The position numbers and the translations under genes were made by a program. 64,000 nt of DNA from Convolutriloba macropyga (taxonomy: Eukaryota): NCBI RefSeq assembly GCF_964194025.1, contig NC_134473.1, forward strand, positions 3,782,001 through 3,846,000, read 5' to 3'. Positions 46,524 through 60,020 of this stretch are shown piece by piece (position 1 is the first letter of the stretch; every line of letters begins with the position of its first letter). Below the pieces are notes generated by a model. It saw nothing but the letters and a program-made list of their open reading frames with translations, was not told where the DNA came from and ran no database searches.

Positions 46524-49500
46524 TGTGATATCTCTTACTACAGAGATATGTACTTGAGCCACGAATGCGCGTTGATTTAGAGAAGTTGCATTCGAGGTGC
46601 GAATCCACTGTATTCTGTGAAGTGTAGAATAACAGTTCTCAATTGTTTCAAGCCAAAGTGTTACGATTGCAGTACTAATCTACTGACGTGGAAATCTGTC
46701 TCGAATCATTTGTGGACTATTCTAATATCAAATCAAGAGAGATTGGGAACAACTGAATTTCAAAAATTAAGTTATGAGAAAGAAGTTAATTTAAGTAATG
46801 AAAATGGGAAAGCGTGAACATACTGAAAACTTGACTACACAGTCGGAGGTAAATTTTTAACTGTGTGAATACATATATGAGTACACTTTTAACCGTACCA
46901 CTTACCAGTGGAATTGACAAATTTTAAACTGCAGGTACTAAAATTTAATAATATATTTAACGATTGTACTGGTTAGTGTAAGTATTATTTTAACACGCAC
47001 ACTAGCAACTAGAATTGTAACAATAACAAGATAATTAGAATTACAAAGGCTTTCCAAGTGAAAAGAAAAGATCATGTAAACCATTAACGTATACAAACAA
47101 ACTTAAAAAAATGACGCAAATGCAGCACAAAAGTAACGCCATTTAAATTAACAGACAGTTCTATTGAATGGAAATAAACTAATTTCTTTCACAATTTGAC
47201 TTTAAAACGAGAATGAATTCACTCAACAAATAATTTAAGTTTAAGACTAAGAAAGAAATTGAAAATTTAAATGGAAAATTTTTGAAATTACTCTTTATGG
47301 CGTCAAGGCCAATTAAAAAGTTTTCAAATTTGGTTTTCGGCTTTGAAAACTCTCATACTGACTTCACGTTCATAGTCAGCATAATCATACTCTTCTGGAG
47401 ATCATGTTCTGAGTGGTTGAGGTTCTGGTGGGCTTACAGCCGGTAATTCAAAGGATGTTTCAACTGCTGGTGGTTGCATGGCCTCCTCTTGGATTACCAA
47501 TTCGGTTACCGGTTTATTCAGTCGTTGACGTTTAGGTGCCGGCATTGTTTCGGGATCACTAACAGCACACCAAGCTCTCAAATCCCAAGTAATCGGGAGC
47601 TTTTGAGTTCCTCTTTGATTTTGAGGTCGTCGGGATGGCAATCGAAGAGGCTGCTGAAGAGGCTGCTATCGAAGAGGCGGCTGAAGTATTCAGGGTAGGT
47701 GATGACTTTCGTGACCGACTTCTTCCAAATTGAGGTTTCTACGGTTTTCGAGACAACATATCCTTTGAAATTTTGCTATTTGCTGAAGAAATACCGGAGG
47801 CATTATCAGCTTGAGATTGTCGATGCCTGATCTTTATATTCCATCTGTATTTTTTCTTAAGCTCCGTGGAGTGCGCTGCAAATTTCTGCTCCATCGTTTT
47901 GGCATACGGAAGTGGTCTTCTTCGGGCATATTGCCACTGCTCCGTATTGCGCTCTGCCCTTGTTCCAATTTTGGCAATGTCACTATTGCGCACTTTCACC
48001 TCTGGTACGCCTGGCTCTTTGATCGCCGTTGCTGTAGGAGAGGTTTGGACGGCCATCCTGCCCGGCGCTAATGTCTCCCAAAAGATCCCTCAAATCCCGG
48101 TTCAAACGTTTGGGGATTTTTCCGGCCAACTTTTTTTCTAGTGACCTTTCCGTGCTTGGTATCGGGTTTGTCAATTTCGGGTGTAGAATGAATCAAGAAA
48201 TTGACTTATTTTTGTCCCCAGTATATCGTCTACCTGCGTCCACCTGAGCTTTTTTCATAGCTACTTCGACTAGAATGTCGCTCCGCTCTCCAGATAACCG
48301 ACCGTTGTCGTCCAGGTAATCTTCCACTGGGACTGTGTCAGCGCGTAAATAGTGAATGAAAATATTTTCATAAGACAAATTAGATGACTTTGGTATTGTA
48401 CTTATATTACTGAGTGGTGTGTTTGGTTTCCTTCCAAAAATTGCTCGGAAGGATGTTGCATTTATAATCTTTTGTTTGCATATACGTAATTGATACATTA
48501 TTGACTTTGTTGAATGTTTAATTTTGATTGTGTTATTTTTATTAGCTTAATTCATGCAGCTTAGTCGCCTTTTAACTGTTTCTATCAAACGCTCTACTAA
48601 TCCAATAGACCTGTAACCGTTAGCAGGAGCAATAATAATGCTAATTTTATTTTGCTTACAAAAATTTTTAACTATATATCCAATTAAACAACGTGCTTGA
48701 TCTAATCTAATTTTTTTTGGGGAACTCCGGGACATTTTTTCATTTACATTCATCAAGAAATGTGATTAAATTAGGTCTTTTAGCTTTATCAAAAACTTCT
48801 ACTGTGGGAAAATTAGAGAAACGGTCACTACTTTCAAACAAATATATATCTTGATCTTTTTCACTTGTAATTGGTACGCCAAACTTTAGCTGAATTTCTT
48901 CGTTAGGTTTGGAACAATTTAGTAAAAGATGCTATTTCGATGCTGGAATGACTGGTTTTAGATTCTTATCAATCTCAGTGCAGGGTTTGCATTGTGCGGC
49001 CTTATTGAGGATTTCCCAATGCACATAGGGCCAGAATGCATATTGACCCAGGGTTATCATACCCCAACTGCCAGAATTAGTAAGATGCAACGAATCGAGA
49101 ACCGCAACTTGTATAGAGTGTGGTATGGCCACGCGTTCGTCCCCACAGACACATCCCGAGCGAACGTGCAAGTCTCTCCAGTATGAGTGGAGATAGGGAT
49201 TGACCTCCTTACATCTCTGCCCGTCACCTTGTAGAATGCAATCCCTCACCTCTTTCAAAACTGCATCCTTGCTTGTGAGTACTGTGAGAAATCCCTTCGT
49301 GAACAACTGCGTCTAATTGTTCTCAAAGATCTCGAAAAAGTGGATTTGTGTTGCCTTTGCAAAGTGAGAAAGGAGCAACTGATTTGAGCGGAGATTTAAG
49401 GCAGAAAGCAATTTGGAATGGTTTGTTGGGTGGGCTATTGAGGCACGTGTGGAATGTGTGTGATTTACACTGTTAAAGTGCTGTGATTGACATTTTTGTG

Positions 49501-52500
49501 GTGTGGTATTTGTATAAATGGCTGCAAATGCAGGTAATTGTTGCAACCGCACATTCCTCATCATATTTGTTTGTAATTTTTGCTTTTTGACTTGGTTGGC
49601 GAGAAATGTAATCTACTAACCGCATTTTTGCGCCTGGTATTCAAAAGGTAATAATCAATCAACCCAACGGATTAAACGACTATTGTAAGATTAGTTAGAT
49701 CTGTGTTCTTTCATGATTGAAAGTAAGGCTCGATGATTTGTAATGATTGTGAATGGTTTTGCAAACAAATATTATTTGAAGTTTTCAACAGACCATACAA
49801 CTCCTAATATTGCTAATTCATTGACGCTATAACGTTCCTCATTTGAGTTAAGGAAACAAGAATGCGATTGTATGCCAAACTGTTGGTGATCGCTGTTCTA
49901 ATGCAGCGCCTAATCCAGCTCTAGATGCGCCGCATTTGATGGGGGTTTCCAAGTGTGGATTATAATGTGTGTTCTCTGTTGCGTTTGCTACTTTGTTTAT
50001 AATATGTTGGAAGTGTGTTTCAAGTTCATTATTCCAAATTAATTGAGTGTTCTTTTTAAAAAAAGTCTAAGTGGATGACACAATTGAGAAAGGTTAGGAT
50101 GAACTTACCAAGGTAATGTACAGATCCTAAAACGATCGTAACTGTTTTAAATTTTTAGGTGCTGTCAGATTTAAGATTGCTGATATTTTTTCTCAAGCGG
50201 TGAGATTGCAGATTGTGTAAATTTGTAGCCCAACAATTCTATTTCAGTTTTAGCGAAGTGGCATTTGGGTAAGTTTATTCTCAAATTATCCTCGTCTAAT
50301 TTTTCAAGACATTCATAGACTAACATTAAATGATCTTTTTCGATCCCCGACTAACTACTATGATGTCATGAAGGAAGAAATGGGTATTGTCTAGTCCAAC
50401 TAATACGTAATCCATTACTTTTTGCAATGCCGCTGTCATATCAGTTAACCCATTAAACCCGGTAATAAAGCGATTTTTACCTTTACCCTCAACTCCAACG
50501 ATGTTAAAATTGCAAGGCCGGGAGGTTTCCGGGTCTAACTTTAGTTGACTGTTAGCGTAATTCAAATCCAGTGTTGAGAAATAAGTTGTTTAATGTGATG
50601 CATTTGTGTTTGAATTTTGTTGAATCGTGTCAATTAGATTATCAATATTAGGCATTTTGTATTTATTTTTGTGTTTAGATTTAATTAAAATCTTGGAATC
50701 TAAAACCAGTTTAACTGTTTTATCTCTTTTCACAGTTATAACAATTGGGGATGTGAAAATTTTAACGTAAGAACTATTTAATTTTTTGATGTGTTTTTCA
50801 TCTAATAGTTTTTTAAGTTCTGTGTTAACTAAGGGTTGAAGGTTGATAGGAACTCGTCGTCATTTTTGATGTGTTGGCGTGAAATATTTGTGAAATGTAG
50901 ATTATACTGTGTGTTTGAATGATTTACCGATTTGAGAACTTAAACCAAGGAAAACAAATGCTATTTGCCTCTTTTTTAAAGATTGATTTTGATCAACATT
51001 CGAGACTTGTTTAGTTTGTGTGAGTGTTAGTCCAAGCTGAGAGAAGATATCTCTCCCAATTATTGGTCTATGGCCGTCTTCACCGACTGTATCATTGACA
51101 TTTAAAGCTGCCCAATCGTTAAATTTCTCTGATGTTTTAATTACACCGATAGTCTTGTTTAATTCATTGGAGAAGGTCTTTGGCTCGTGGTTTTCCCGAG
51201 ACTCTACCCAAAAGCTTTCTTGAATATTCAAAACTACTGCGTTTGCAAGACTTCTGTTAATGGTGATGCAAACGCTCCCCGAATCCACCAATGCTTTCGT
51301 CTTTGTATTTTCGATGCGAATGTTCACATTGACTGTTTCCACCTCTCTGATTTTGTCACTATTATAAATTATAGCCACACAATTATCATCAAATTCATCA
51401 TAATCAGAATCTTAATTAGCATCGTAAATACTGTGTCTTTGAAACATCGTCTCGATTTGATTTACTTGTTCTCCTGCCGTGGCAGAAGTAACGATCGTTG
51501 CTGCTTCAGAAGTAGTATCGTCTACGTTTTTGACCCTCGGTTTTGGCTTTTCTGTAATTTTGTCTTTCTGCAAACTTTTGCAAAACGATTCCTCATTCTT
51601 TTTGCAGTTTTTACCACAAGCAGGGCAGTTTTGACGATGATTAGCTGACCATCCATAACCACAGTTAGGGCAAATTGTAGGCTTGACAAAAGTATTCGTC
51701 GAAGGTCTGGCTCTCTTCCCAGAATTTTGGATGAATTTTGGATTGACATTTTTGATGCCTGATTCGAAGTTGAATGAGCAGTTGTTCCTGATGTTTTCAA
51801 CTGATTTTGAAAGCCCGTCTCAATGTTCATCGCAACTTCTAGCGCTTTCGTGCCGACCTCTTTTCTTTCAGTAGCTCTCTCTGTATTTCACCATCCCGCA
51901 TAATCGCAATGAAAACATCTCGAATTATAGATTCTTCGTGGCTACCGAGATCACAGTTCAGGGAAAGCTCTCGGAGGCATCCGTCGATTTTTTCGACCGG
52001 TTCTCCTTTGAGTTGTTTTTGAGTTAAAAAAGTATAACGATCGAAAGTTATATTTCTCTGCTTGGTGAAAACGTTCTCCAAAATCTCCCAATGCTCCTTT
52101 GTAGGAATTTGATCAATCTTAATAGTCAGTTCTTGGGAGCCGAATATCCGACGACCTTCCATGCCAAAACTAAGACAGGTGAGCCAGACAGCTGTGGAGT
52201 CGCAGAATTTCTAAGGTCACCGCATAGTATTCCCGCCACTTCAATCTTCTGACACTTGTTGAGCCATGCATTCTTGAGTTGTTCGTTCCGAATTCTGCGG
52301 TTACTTTCATTTTGGGCGGCGCTATTGTCCACATCTTCTTCGTAAATAGGTTTGGGGGAAAGGTAAGCTTATCGAGTAGTGGTTATTGTAGGATATCGAT
52401 CGAAATACCTTCTTTAGCAAGTATGGCCAGCTTGAAGATTATTCTCCAACGTTCCCATCTCAACGGGGGTTCCAATGTCGGCCGTTCCCAATAGGGTTCT

Positions 52501-54104
52501 TTTCCCAAAAGAGCTCGTACTTTAGGTGCTGACTGCGCCATGTGATATATCTGACTACAGAGATATGTATTTGGGCCACGAATGCACAATGATTTAGAGA
52601 AGTTGCGTTCGAGGTGCGAAAGCACTGTATTCGGTGAATTGTAGAATAAGAGTTCTCAATTATTTCAAGCAAGTGTAACAATTGAAGTTTTAATGTACTG
52701 ACGCCGAACTCTGCCTGGAATTTTTAGTGGAGTATTCTAAAATCAAAACAAGAGAGATTGAGAACAACTGAAATTCAAAAATAAAGTTATGAGAATGAAG
52801 TTAATTTAAGTAATGAAAATTGGAAAGCGTGATCATACTGAAAACTTGACTTTACAGTCGAGGGTAAATTTTTACCTGTGTGAATACATATATTAGTAAA
52901 CTTTTAATTTAACTATCACAAGGAGAACTAATAATTTAGTACACTTTCTCAGTTAGGGTACAACCGTACCACATATCCGTCGCGTTGGCAAATTTTAAAC
53001 TGCAGGTACTAAAATTTAATATTATAATCAACGAATGTACTGGTTAGTGTAAGTATCACTTTAACACGCACACTAGCAACTAGAATTGTAACAATAACAA
53101 GATAATTGGAATTACAAAGGTTTTTCAAGTGAAATGAAAAAATCATGTAAACCATTAAACAAATTTAAACGAATGACGCATGTAACGCCTGCTCTCCTTG
53201 TGTTTCACAAAGAAAGTTTTACACCGCCCAGTTTGTTCCGAGTGGTTACAAAATCTGTCCGGATACTTCAATTATGCAGTTCGCTTTTGTAACTGTATAT
53301 CCGCTCTGCTGTACTTACCGTTGCATTAACTAGTTTAACTAACTTAGTTTTGGATTTTTTCTCAATTGAACTGGGTCCACCGATCACACAATACGGGATC
53401 TCGATATGTTTACCAGTTCAATCGTTTTGATGAAACAAATCTAAGGCAAAAATATATGCCTGAGAAGTGTTATGAAAAATTTGTTTCTAACTTAAACCTT
53501 AATGTGTGTGTTGCGATTTTCGCAGAGTACTCACGAGTTGAAGATCGGAAATCAGGACACAGAAAATTGAATTCACAGTTCGAGACGTTTTCGATACAAG
53601 ACAAAATATTAGATCGAACTTTGCTCGAGACAAATTTTTGGTATCAAGACACAGTATCAATTTAACAATTTTACTGCTCAAGTGTTTTGTTTTGGCAAGA
53701 CGCAGTAACAGATATACTGCTCAAGACTATTTTATTTCAACACTTTTATTGCTGAGTTTGTGCCAGCTCGAATTGCTAGATTGACAAGATATTGTGAGTT
53801 CTTATTTTTGTTCAGTTTGTTAACAATTTTCGATGCTGACGTGGCATACGCGGCTGTTTCTGATTTGCTATACACAGTTTCCTCGCTAAGTGGTTGGATA
53901 ATCCGGATAAAAACAGAACACAGTAATAGTTTTCGTCCTACGCATTTATTTGGATCTGTTTTGAATTTTTACTTCCTAAGCAATTTTGTTATTCCTTAAG
54001 TTCAGCTCCAACAACGCAAATTAAGAGGCAAATGCAGTACAAATGTGACGCCATTTAATTAACAGACAATTCTATTGAATGAAAATAAACTAATTTCATT
54101 CACA
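46524..54104 (-). mobile_element. Degenerate Ty3/Gypsy (Mag-like) LTR retrotransposon with both LTRs
   Basis: LTR copies at 46524-47193 and 52541-54104, the latter interrupted by 53181-54013. PBS TGGCGCAGTCAGCA at 52540-52527. Domain order is gag (from 52541), protease LVDSGS (~51280), RT (GFNGLTDM, FLHD), RNase H, integrase (LH..H-like, CKPC, GLVER). Many frameshifts and no matching TSD seen. Confidence 0.9.
53181..54013. mobile_element. Solo LTR (833 bp) nested in the Gypsy 5' LTR
   Basis: TGT...ACA termini and a 5-bp TSD ACGCA at 53176-53180 and 54014-54018. Host LTR homology resumes after it. Confidence 0.85.
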
Positions 54105-54661
54105 TAATTTTACACAAACAACGTACGGGGGGGGGGCAGAAACGGAAAAGATCCGATAAACCCTTTACATAGTACCTAAATCAACAACTATGCACTTTTT
54201 TGTTTGATGGGCTGAAGCGGCGGTAGTGAAAACGGCAGCCACTTTACAGTTTTCCAACTGTCTTATCCAACACGTCGTTTGTCCTTTTGCAATAATGCGG
54301 GTTAATGGCGCTGTCTAGAAGAAGCAAATATATAATCAACAAAAAACAACATGCTATAAATTTAATTGTCAAAGATTGAGTTTAACAGAATTGAGAAAAG
54401 ATTATTTTGCTGGACCTAAATTGTCAATGAAAAGCCGAGTTATGCTCAACCCATGAAAAGACTTCTGTTCGACTTGAATATGAAGCTGGACCACGCAATT
54501 TCAGTCAATTTCATACCCTTAAAATACTAAAAATTATATGGGTCTTTTCATAGGTTGACGTAAAATTTAAATCATACTGAAATCTAGCTTTAATAGTTTT
54601 ACTATAGTATCAAAACAGTATTAAAAAAACTCACTTTCAGAAACTTTTATAATGAAAAGTA

Positions 54662-56149
54662 TTAATTAGTCTTAGATTTTGGCGCAAAGCCACCGATGCA
54701 GAATCTTCGAACAGCCAAAACCACAGCCAGAAACACCAAAATCACGAAAGCGTAGAATCCGAATGTGAGCAGCTTCCAACCCACGTGAAATCTCCGACAG
54801 TTCACTTCGTATTCTAGTTCGTATTTGACTGTAGTCTTCTTCCGTGCCGCAATTTTGGTGACGAAAGCGTCAATCAATTCTGGGTCTTCGTGTTTCTCGA
54901 ATTCATCCGACAATTTTTGCAGGTTCTGGACATAGAAATCGTAGTTTTGATACACCTGGGCGATGGCCTTGTTCACGTCGTCAAAGTTGAACGCTTTAAG
55001 TTGGATAGCCAAGTTGAGGTTTTCTAGAAGGATAGCGTTTGCGAATTGGTCCGCAAACTGTGGAATCGCGACTACGGGAACCTTTCGCTTGACGAAGTCG
55101 ACTATAGACCCCAAACCAACATGACTTACAAAAATCTTCACCTTAGGGTGTCCTAAAAGTGTATACTGTGGTAAATAATCGCTTAGCAGAATTCGATCGC
55201 TCTTTTGGGAATATATTTCCGTTTCTTTAGCTGTTCGCTCTAATCCTAAGCCCAATGACCAAATTACCCTGTATTTGTTCTGGTTTTGGACGTTTTGGTA
55301 AAAGTTTTTCATAATTTCGGGGTCCAAAACTGAATGGGTTCCTAATGATATGTAGATTACGTCCGTTTCGTCTTTGTCAATCCAAGTTTCCATACTTTGG
55401 TCCAGTTTTTTGAAATGAGACTCGTTTCGGATCCCCCCAATGAAGATAAACTCCCCATTTTGACTTGGATGGGGCTGTGAGTATAACGGCAGAGAACCGG
55501 GTATGAAAAACGGGTACCTGTCTGAAAACTCATTCAAAAAGAAATGGCCCTGGAAATCTACAAAGTCTGGCAAGTTATCCAGAGCCCGTCGGTTGTATTT
55601 CCAGGCCCAGCAGTCGCTGAAGAAGAGTTTGAGCACAAAAATTTCACTTAAAGATTGTGAAAACTTGTCCTGGACTTTATCAACCCCAGCCATCGTTCCC
55701 GGGGTTTGCTGTATAACTGGAATGTCGAATTTTTCAGCGGCCAGCACTGCCCCCGCCAGTATATGATCATTTATAACAAGGTCATATTTTCCGGGGTTCT
55801 CTTCCAGAATAGTAGACATTTCTTTGTATATATAAGTATGGGTTTCAATCAAATGAGGGCAAAAATTTATAAGAAAATGCCAAACCCCATCGAAAGAGTA
55901 CTCATCATGTAAGCCGTGTCGTTTTATCACTTCAAAGTTAATCCTTTCGTGAAATGGTTTCAGTTTCCGTTCGCAAAGTTTCGCCCATTCAACGAGGGTG
56001 CAGTTATGTTTTTGGCAAATTGGGCTAAGCAAAGACGACATAGTTCCAAAATGGCCGCCCCAGCAGGGTACCGAAAATAGAATGTTCAAACATTGGCTTT
56101 CTTGAAAAATGACCAAAATGGCAAAAATCAGAAAAAGTACTTTGGTCAT
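54662..56149 (-). CDS. UDP-glycosyltransferase (GT1, UGT/UDP-glucuronosyltransferase type), 495 aa, intronless
   Basis: ATG 56149 begins a signal peptide. Catalytic His in WGGHFG. UGT signature YLPQYTLLGHPKVKIFVSHVGLGS...IPQFADQ. C-terminal TM helix and KxKxx ER-retrieval motif (KSKTN). Confidence 0.93.
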   Translation of the reverse strand: MTKVLFLIFAILVIFQESQCLNILFSVPCWGGHFGTMSSLLSPICQKHNCTLVEWAKLCERKLKPFHERINFEVIKRHGLHDEYSFDGVWHFLINFCPHLIETHTYIYKEMSTILEENPGKYDLVINDHILAGAVLAAEKFDIPVIQQTPGTMAGVDKVQDKFSQSLSEIFVLKLFFSDCWAWKYNRRALDNLPDFVDFQGHFFLNEFSDRYPFFIPGSLPLYSQPHPSQNGEFIFIGGIRNESHFKKLDQSMETWIDKDETDVIYISLGTHSVLDPEIMKNFYQNVQNQNKYRVIWSLGLGLERTAKETEIYSQKSDRILLSDYLPQYTLLGHPKVKIFVSHVGLGSIVDFVKRKVPVVAIPQFADQFANAILLENLNLAIQLKAFNFDDVNKAIAQVYQNYDFYVQNLQKLSDEFEKHEDPELIDAFVTKIAARKKTTVKYELEYEVNCRRFHVGWKLLTFGFYAFVILVFLAVVLAVRRFCIGGFAPKSKTN

Positions 56150-56229
56150 TTTAAATTTTGCTCTGCGAGATTCGATGCTGACAAAATTAATTTCTGCGAG
56201 GTTTGAAGCTAAACAAGATAATAGTTTTT

Positions 56230-56380
56230 GCAAATAATGCGTTGTTAAAGTTTGTAATGATTTCTTTTATAGTTTAAAGTTTGTTTGAGCGTATTTGATG
56301 CTTCGAATATTGGCCGACAGGGCGCTTAGCCGAAAACGAAAAACTGAGAAACTTAGATGACGCTCAATTCTGATTGGTCG
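56230..56380 (-). promoter_or_regulatory. Putative UGT core promoter
   Basis: Minus-strand TATAAAA at 56271-56265, an Inr-like CATT about 30 nt downstream and CCAAT at ~56377-56373. Confidence 0.5.
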
Positions 56381-56440
56381 AAATTCGGTTTGGTCAAAAT
56401 ATCAATAGTTCGTCCAGCCATTACAATTGATGTGCGGCAA

Positions 56441-56584
56441 GGTTGTCGGTTCAAATGCTTATTTTTGGGTTGCCGGTTTAAATTCTTATTTTTGGGTTGT
56501 CGGTTTAAATGCTTATTTTTGGGTTGTCGGTTTAAATTCTTATTTTTGGGTTGTCGGTTTAAATTCTTATTTTTGGGTTGTCGG
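56441..56584. repeat. 27-bp minisatellite x5.3 upstream of the UGT
   Basis: GGTTGTCGGTTTAAAT(T/G)CTTATTTTTG units. Confidence 0.95.
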
Positions 56585-59146
56585 CTACCACCCCCCGCTC
56601 CCCTGTTTAGTCAAAGCAAATTATACACCTATTAGTCACCTTGGTAAGAATAATCTTTAATTTTAAACAGTATTTTTGTTCTATGTTAAAATTTGAAGGA
56701 CTGCAAATGAGCAAACAGCACGCTCAAACATTCGCTCAAAGTTCAATAAAGTTGTTAATATATAAGTATGAACAAACAGAGGGCCATGGCACACACACGA
56801 CTAGCTTTGTGAATTATTTCGAATATTTTTGGACTTTGATGGCCATAGAAGCAAAATTGTTGCCATAAGTATTAAAAAGAACATGTAAAAGGCTTCTGAA
56901 GGTTGCAGAAAAATGAAGCACACCTTTAAACAAATATTTTTTGAAATTTTCCAGAGTTCTTGAGTTATGTTTGATGATGATTTCGAGCAATAAGTAGGCA
57001 AGCAACGCGCAACTCATAATGGAACAGCTCAAAAGTGTGAGATGAAAAAAGATGGCTGAATTCAAATCGGTCCGTTAAAACGTGTGGAAACCAAATTTCA
57101 TAAATTTGATTTAATATCGACTTCTATCCGAACACCCTGTGTATGTAATATGTATGATATATGTGTACACCCTAAATATTTCTCGTGTGAGATCACTTAA
57201 AAATTGTGTGCTGACATGGAAAAAAGTGACACACTAATTTTGCTGGGAAAACTTTAATAACTCATTCTCTATAGACTAAGGTCAGGAAGTTGGTCAAGTT
57301 TATTCTCGGATGACGTAACTTGGGTTTCCACACTTAAACCAGTCTAAGTGTTAATAAAAGTTATCGCATTTGTCTTGAAAAAATAATTTCAAGACTTTCA
57401 AGGCAACAACTAAAAAAACCTGCAGCAAAAATTCCTACGAAAATTGGTAATTTTCCTCATAGTCTCACTCACGCGAAAAACTGTTTAGCTATCATCACAC
57501 GTTATCTAGCTATCATTTCTTGTACAAAATTACACAAGAAGCGTTTCCCACACCAAAATTATGTGATTATTCATCAAACGAGAAAAATAGTGGAAAACAG
57601 TTTGAAAAATTAGGAAAACTACTTAGACTTCAACGAAGAATGACTAGAATGAAATTGGAAGAAACCTGCACGATAACTCGATTTGCGAGTTCTCAAATTA
57701 AACATTGTTTCCTACTCCTGTTTGAGAAAAACAAAACGAACATTATTTTTTTATTTAGCAATTGGGGATCTTTCCCCTAGCCTCCCACAGTACTCTATAT
57801 CTCAAATTCAGACGGCCTCAAAAATTAATGTTTGGCTTTTTTTCTGAAAAAGTTATCTAATTTTATAAATACGGGCCTGGTAATATAGATCGATAACCAT
57901 ATTTGCCCCACTTTTCAAGAAAATTGGAAAATTGAAAAAGATCTGTTTACAAAGCCTGCATTTCCTACAAAGTTAAACTTTTGGCTGATTTTAAACTTAA
58001 AACCTCAGATCTGTTACTGTTCTTTAAATGAATACCCACGTATTCATGCGTAATAAGTCAAATGCATACATAATGTTTATCCATATACAAATGGAAGGTG
58101 TTTAATTTACTAGGTGGCCGCTAGAGGAAAAGATCAAAAGGAGGAGCAGCTGTTGCCAAAAATGAAAAAAAAAAACAGAGAATAATTTGCAGGGCGTTAT
58201 TTTTAAACTGAGATTCTCCGAAAAATAGAAAAGAATATGTGGGGAATGGTGACAAAGATTATGACGAAACAGCACAAAATTTAGTGATGTGAACAGTTAG
58301 CAGCCGAGGTAGATAAATAAAGTCTAATGATTGTACTCTTTTACAGAAAAAACAACTTCATTGTTTTATGGTCAAGAATGCTGACTTGGCAGTCACATGT
58401 CCTTTTTGTTCTAATCTCTAAGACTGATTGTGGTTTAGGAACGTTTTGCTATGATGGCTGTTTTTTTGCTATGTCAATTTTGGCAAATCGAAATCCTTTG
58501 CGCAGAGATAAAAAGAATGGCATCATTGAAAACACCATTAAAATCTGAATTGATTGTTAGGAAAATTCAAAAATACTTTTTTTTCTCAAAGAAAACCTCA
58601 GTTTCTTTTCTTTTCTTGTGGAAAACATATTTTTTTCTCAAGAACAAAAAAAATGCTTAATGGAAGTTTCTACAAAGAAATATGATGCAGATTCAAACGA
58701 ACACACACAAAAAAGAGTGACAGGCTATAAATTTTAGATTTTAAATTTAAAAAGTGCACAGAAACGCTACTTTATTCACTGAAATTTTCATTTTGACTTA
58801 ATTGGTGTACTTTCAAGGAATTTTAAAAGTTTTCTACATTTACATTATTCTCTGAATGCTATGAGATACATCAAAAATAGTTTGATTGGAATATTAAAAC
58901 ACTTTTTTTGGACCATTTAAACTAAATGTTTTAATTGTACAAAAAAAACTAAGTTGCAAATTGAATTGAAATGACTAGAATAGAAAATATTGTTTAACCG
59001 AAACCGTTCCCTAACGAAAAAAAAACAATAAGGCATTATCTTTTTTGCTTCAAACTGAATGAATGAAACATACCCAGCAGTTTCCTGTAAAAAAGCTCTT
59101 ATTTATCCTCAAGACCCCGATAGAGATAATAGGAAAAACAAAAACA

Positions 59147-59312
59147 GGATCTTTTCCGTTTGTGCCCCCCCCAGCTTAGTGGGCGCATATTATTTGCAAC
59201 CCCCAGACGCACGTGCCATATTTTCACTATGATGATTTACTATGTAATGGCACGTGCTCAGTAACTGGGGGGGGGCGCATAACGTACTGGGGGGCACAAA
59301 CGGAGAAGATCC
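59147..59312. mobile_element. MITE with GGATC termini and an 8-bp TSD
   Basis: TIR GGATCTTTTCCGTTTGTGCCCCCC / GGGGGGCACAAACGGAGAAGATCC. TSD CAAAAACA at 59139-59146 and 59313-59320. Confidence 0.9.
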
Positions 59313-59846
59313 CAAAAACAATTGATTGGTTTTCTAAAATTGTCAACAGTGCACGCTGTTTTGATTTCATTGCGTAGATATGCACAATCGTGTTTCCTAA
59401 TATGAGGATACAGAGATTGGTATCGATGCTAATAGGCATTCGTCTTAGTAGCCAAGACTTATTACTTTAAAGCGCTAATCTCATGCTAGGCTTTATGGGT
59501 TTGATTTTCGTTTCCGATTTCGATGCTGAGTCTATTCTATATAGATTCTTTTGCTAAAAACTGCGGTTTGAAAGCACACTAAATGATGAAGAAAACTATA
59601 TTAAAGTAGTCAGAAGGATTACACGATGATTGTTGAAAACGCGGCAAAATTGGATAAAGTGGAGAAACAAATATTTGTTGACTTGCAAAACTCTGCAGAC
59701 GTCCTAAATAAACTCCAAAGAGTTAAAAGAATAATTTGCAAACACTTGACTTCACCAACAGCCAAGCAGAAAAGAAATCAAGTATAACAAGATTAAAGAA
59801 GAAAATAGCAATTTAATTCAAGACACATTGTTGTTAAACTTTTTTC

Positions 59847-60020
59847 TGATCTATTCTGTTTTGGCCCCCCAGCTTAGTGGGCATAAATCTTTTATGACCC
59901 CCAGGCATACGTGCTATTTTCTTAAATAGTAACATGCTTTATAACAACACATAATTTGTAACTGGGGGTCATAAAAACACTGGGGGGAGGGGGGGGGGGG
60001 GGGCGAAACAGAATAGATCC
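59847..60020. mobile_element. MITE with GGATC-type termini and an 8-bp TSD
   Basis: TIR (T)GATCTATTCTGTTT / AAACAGAATAGATCC. TSD CTTTTTTC at 59839-59846 and 60021-60028. Confidence 0.88.

Noticed and set aside
56150-56233. 28-aa N-terminal extension of the UGT in the ORF track
   Set aside because: It starts at a non-ATG codon. The signal peptide begins at ATG 56149 and the TATA position makes this region 5' UTR.
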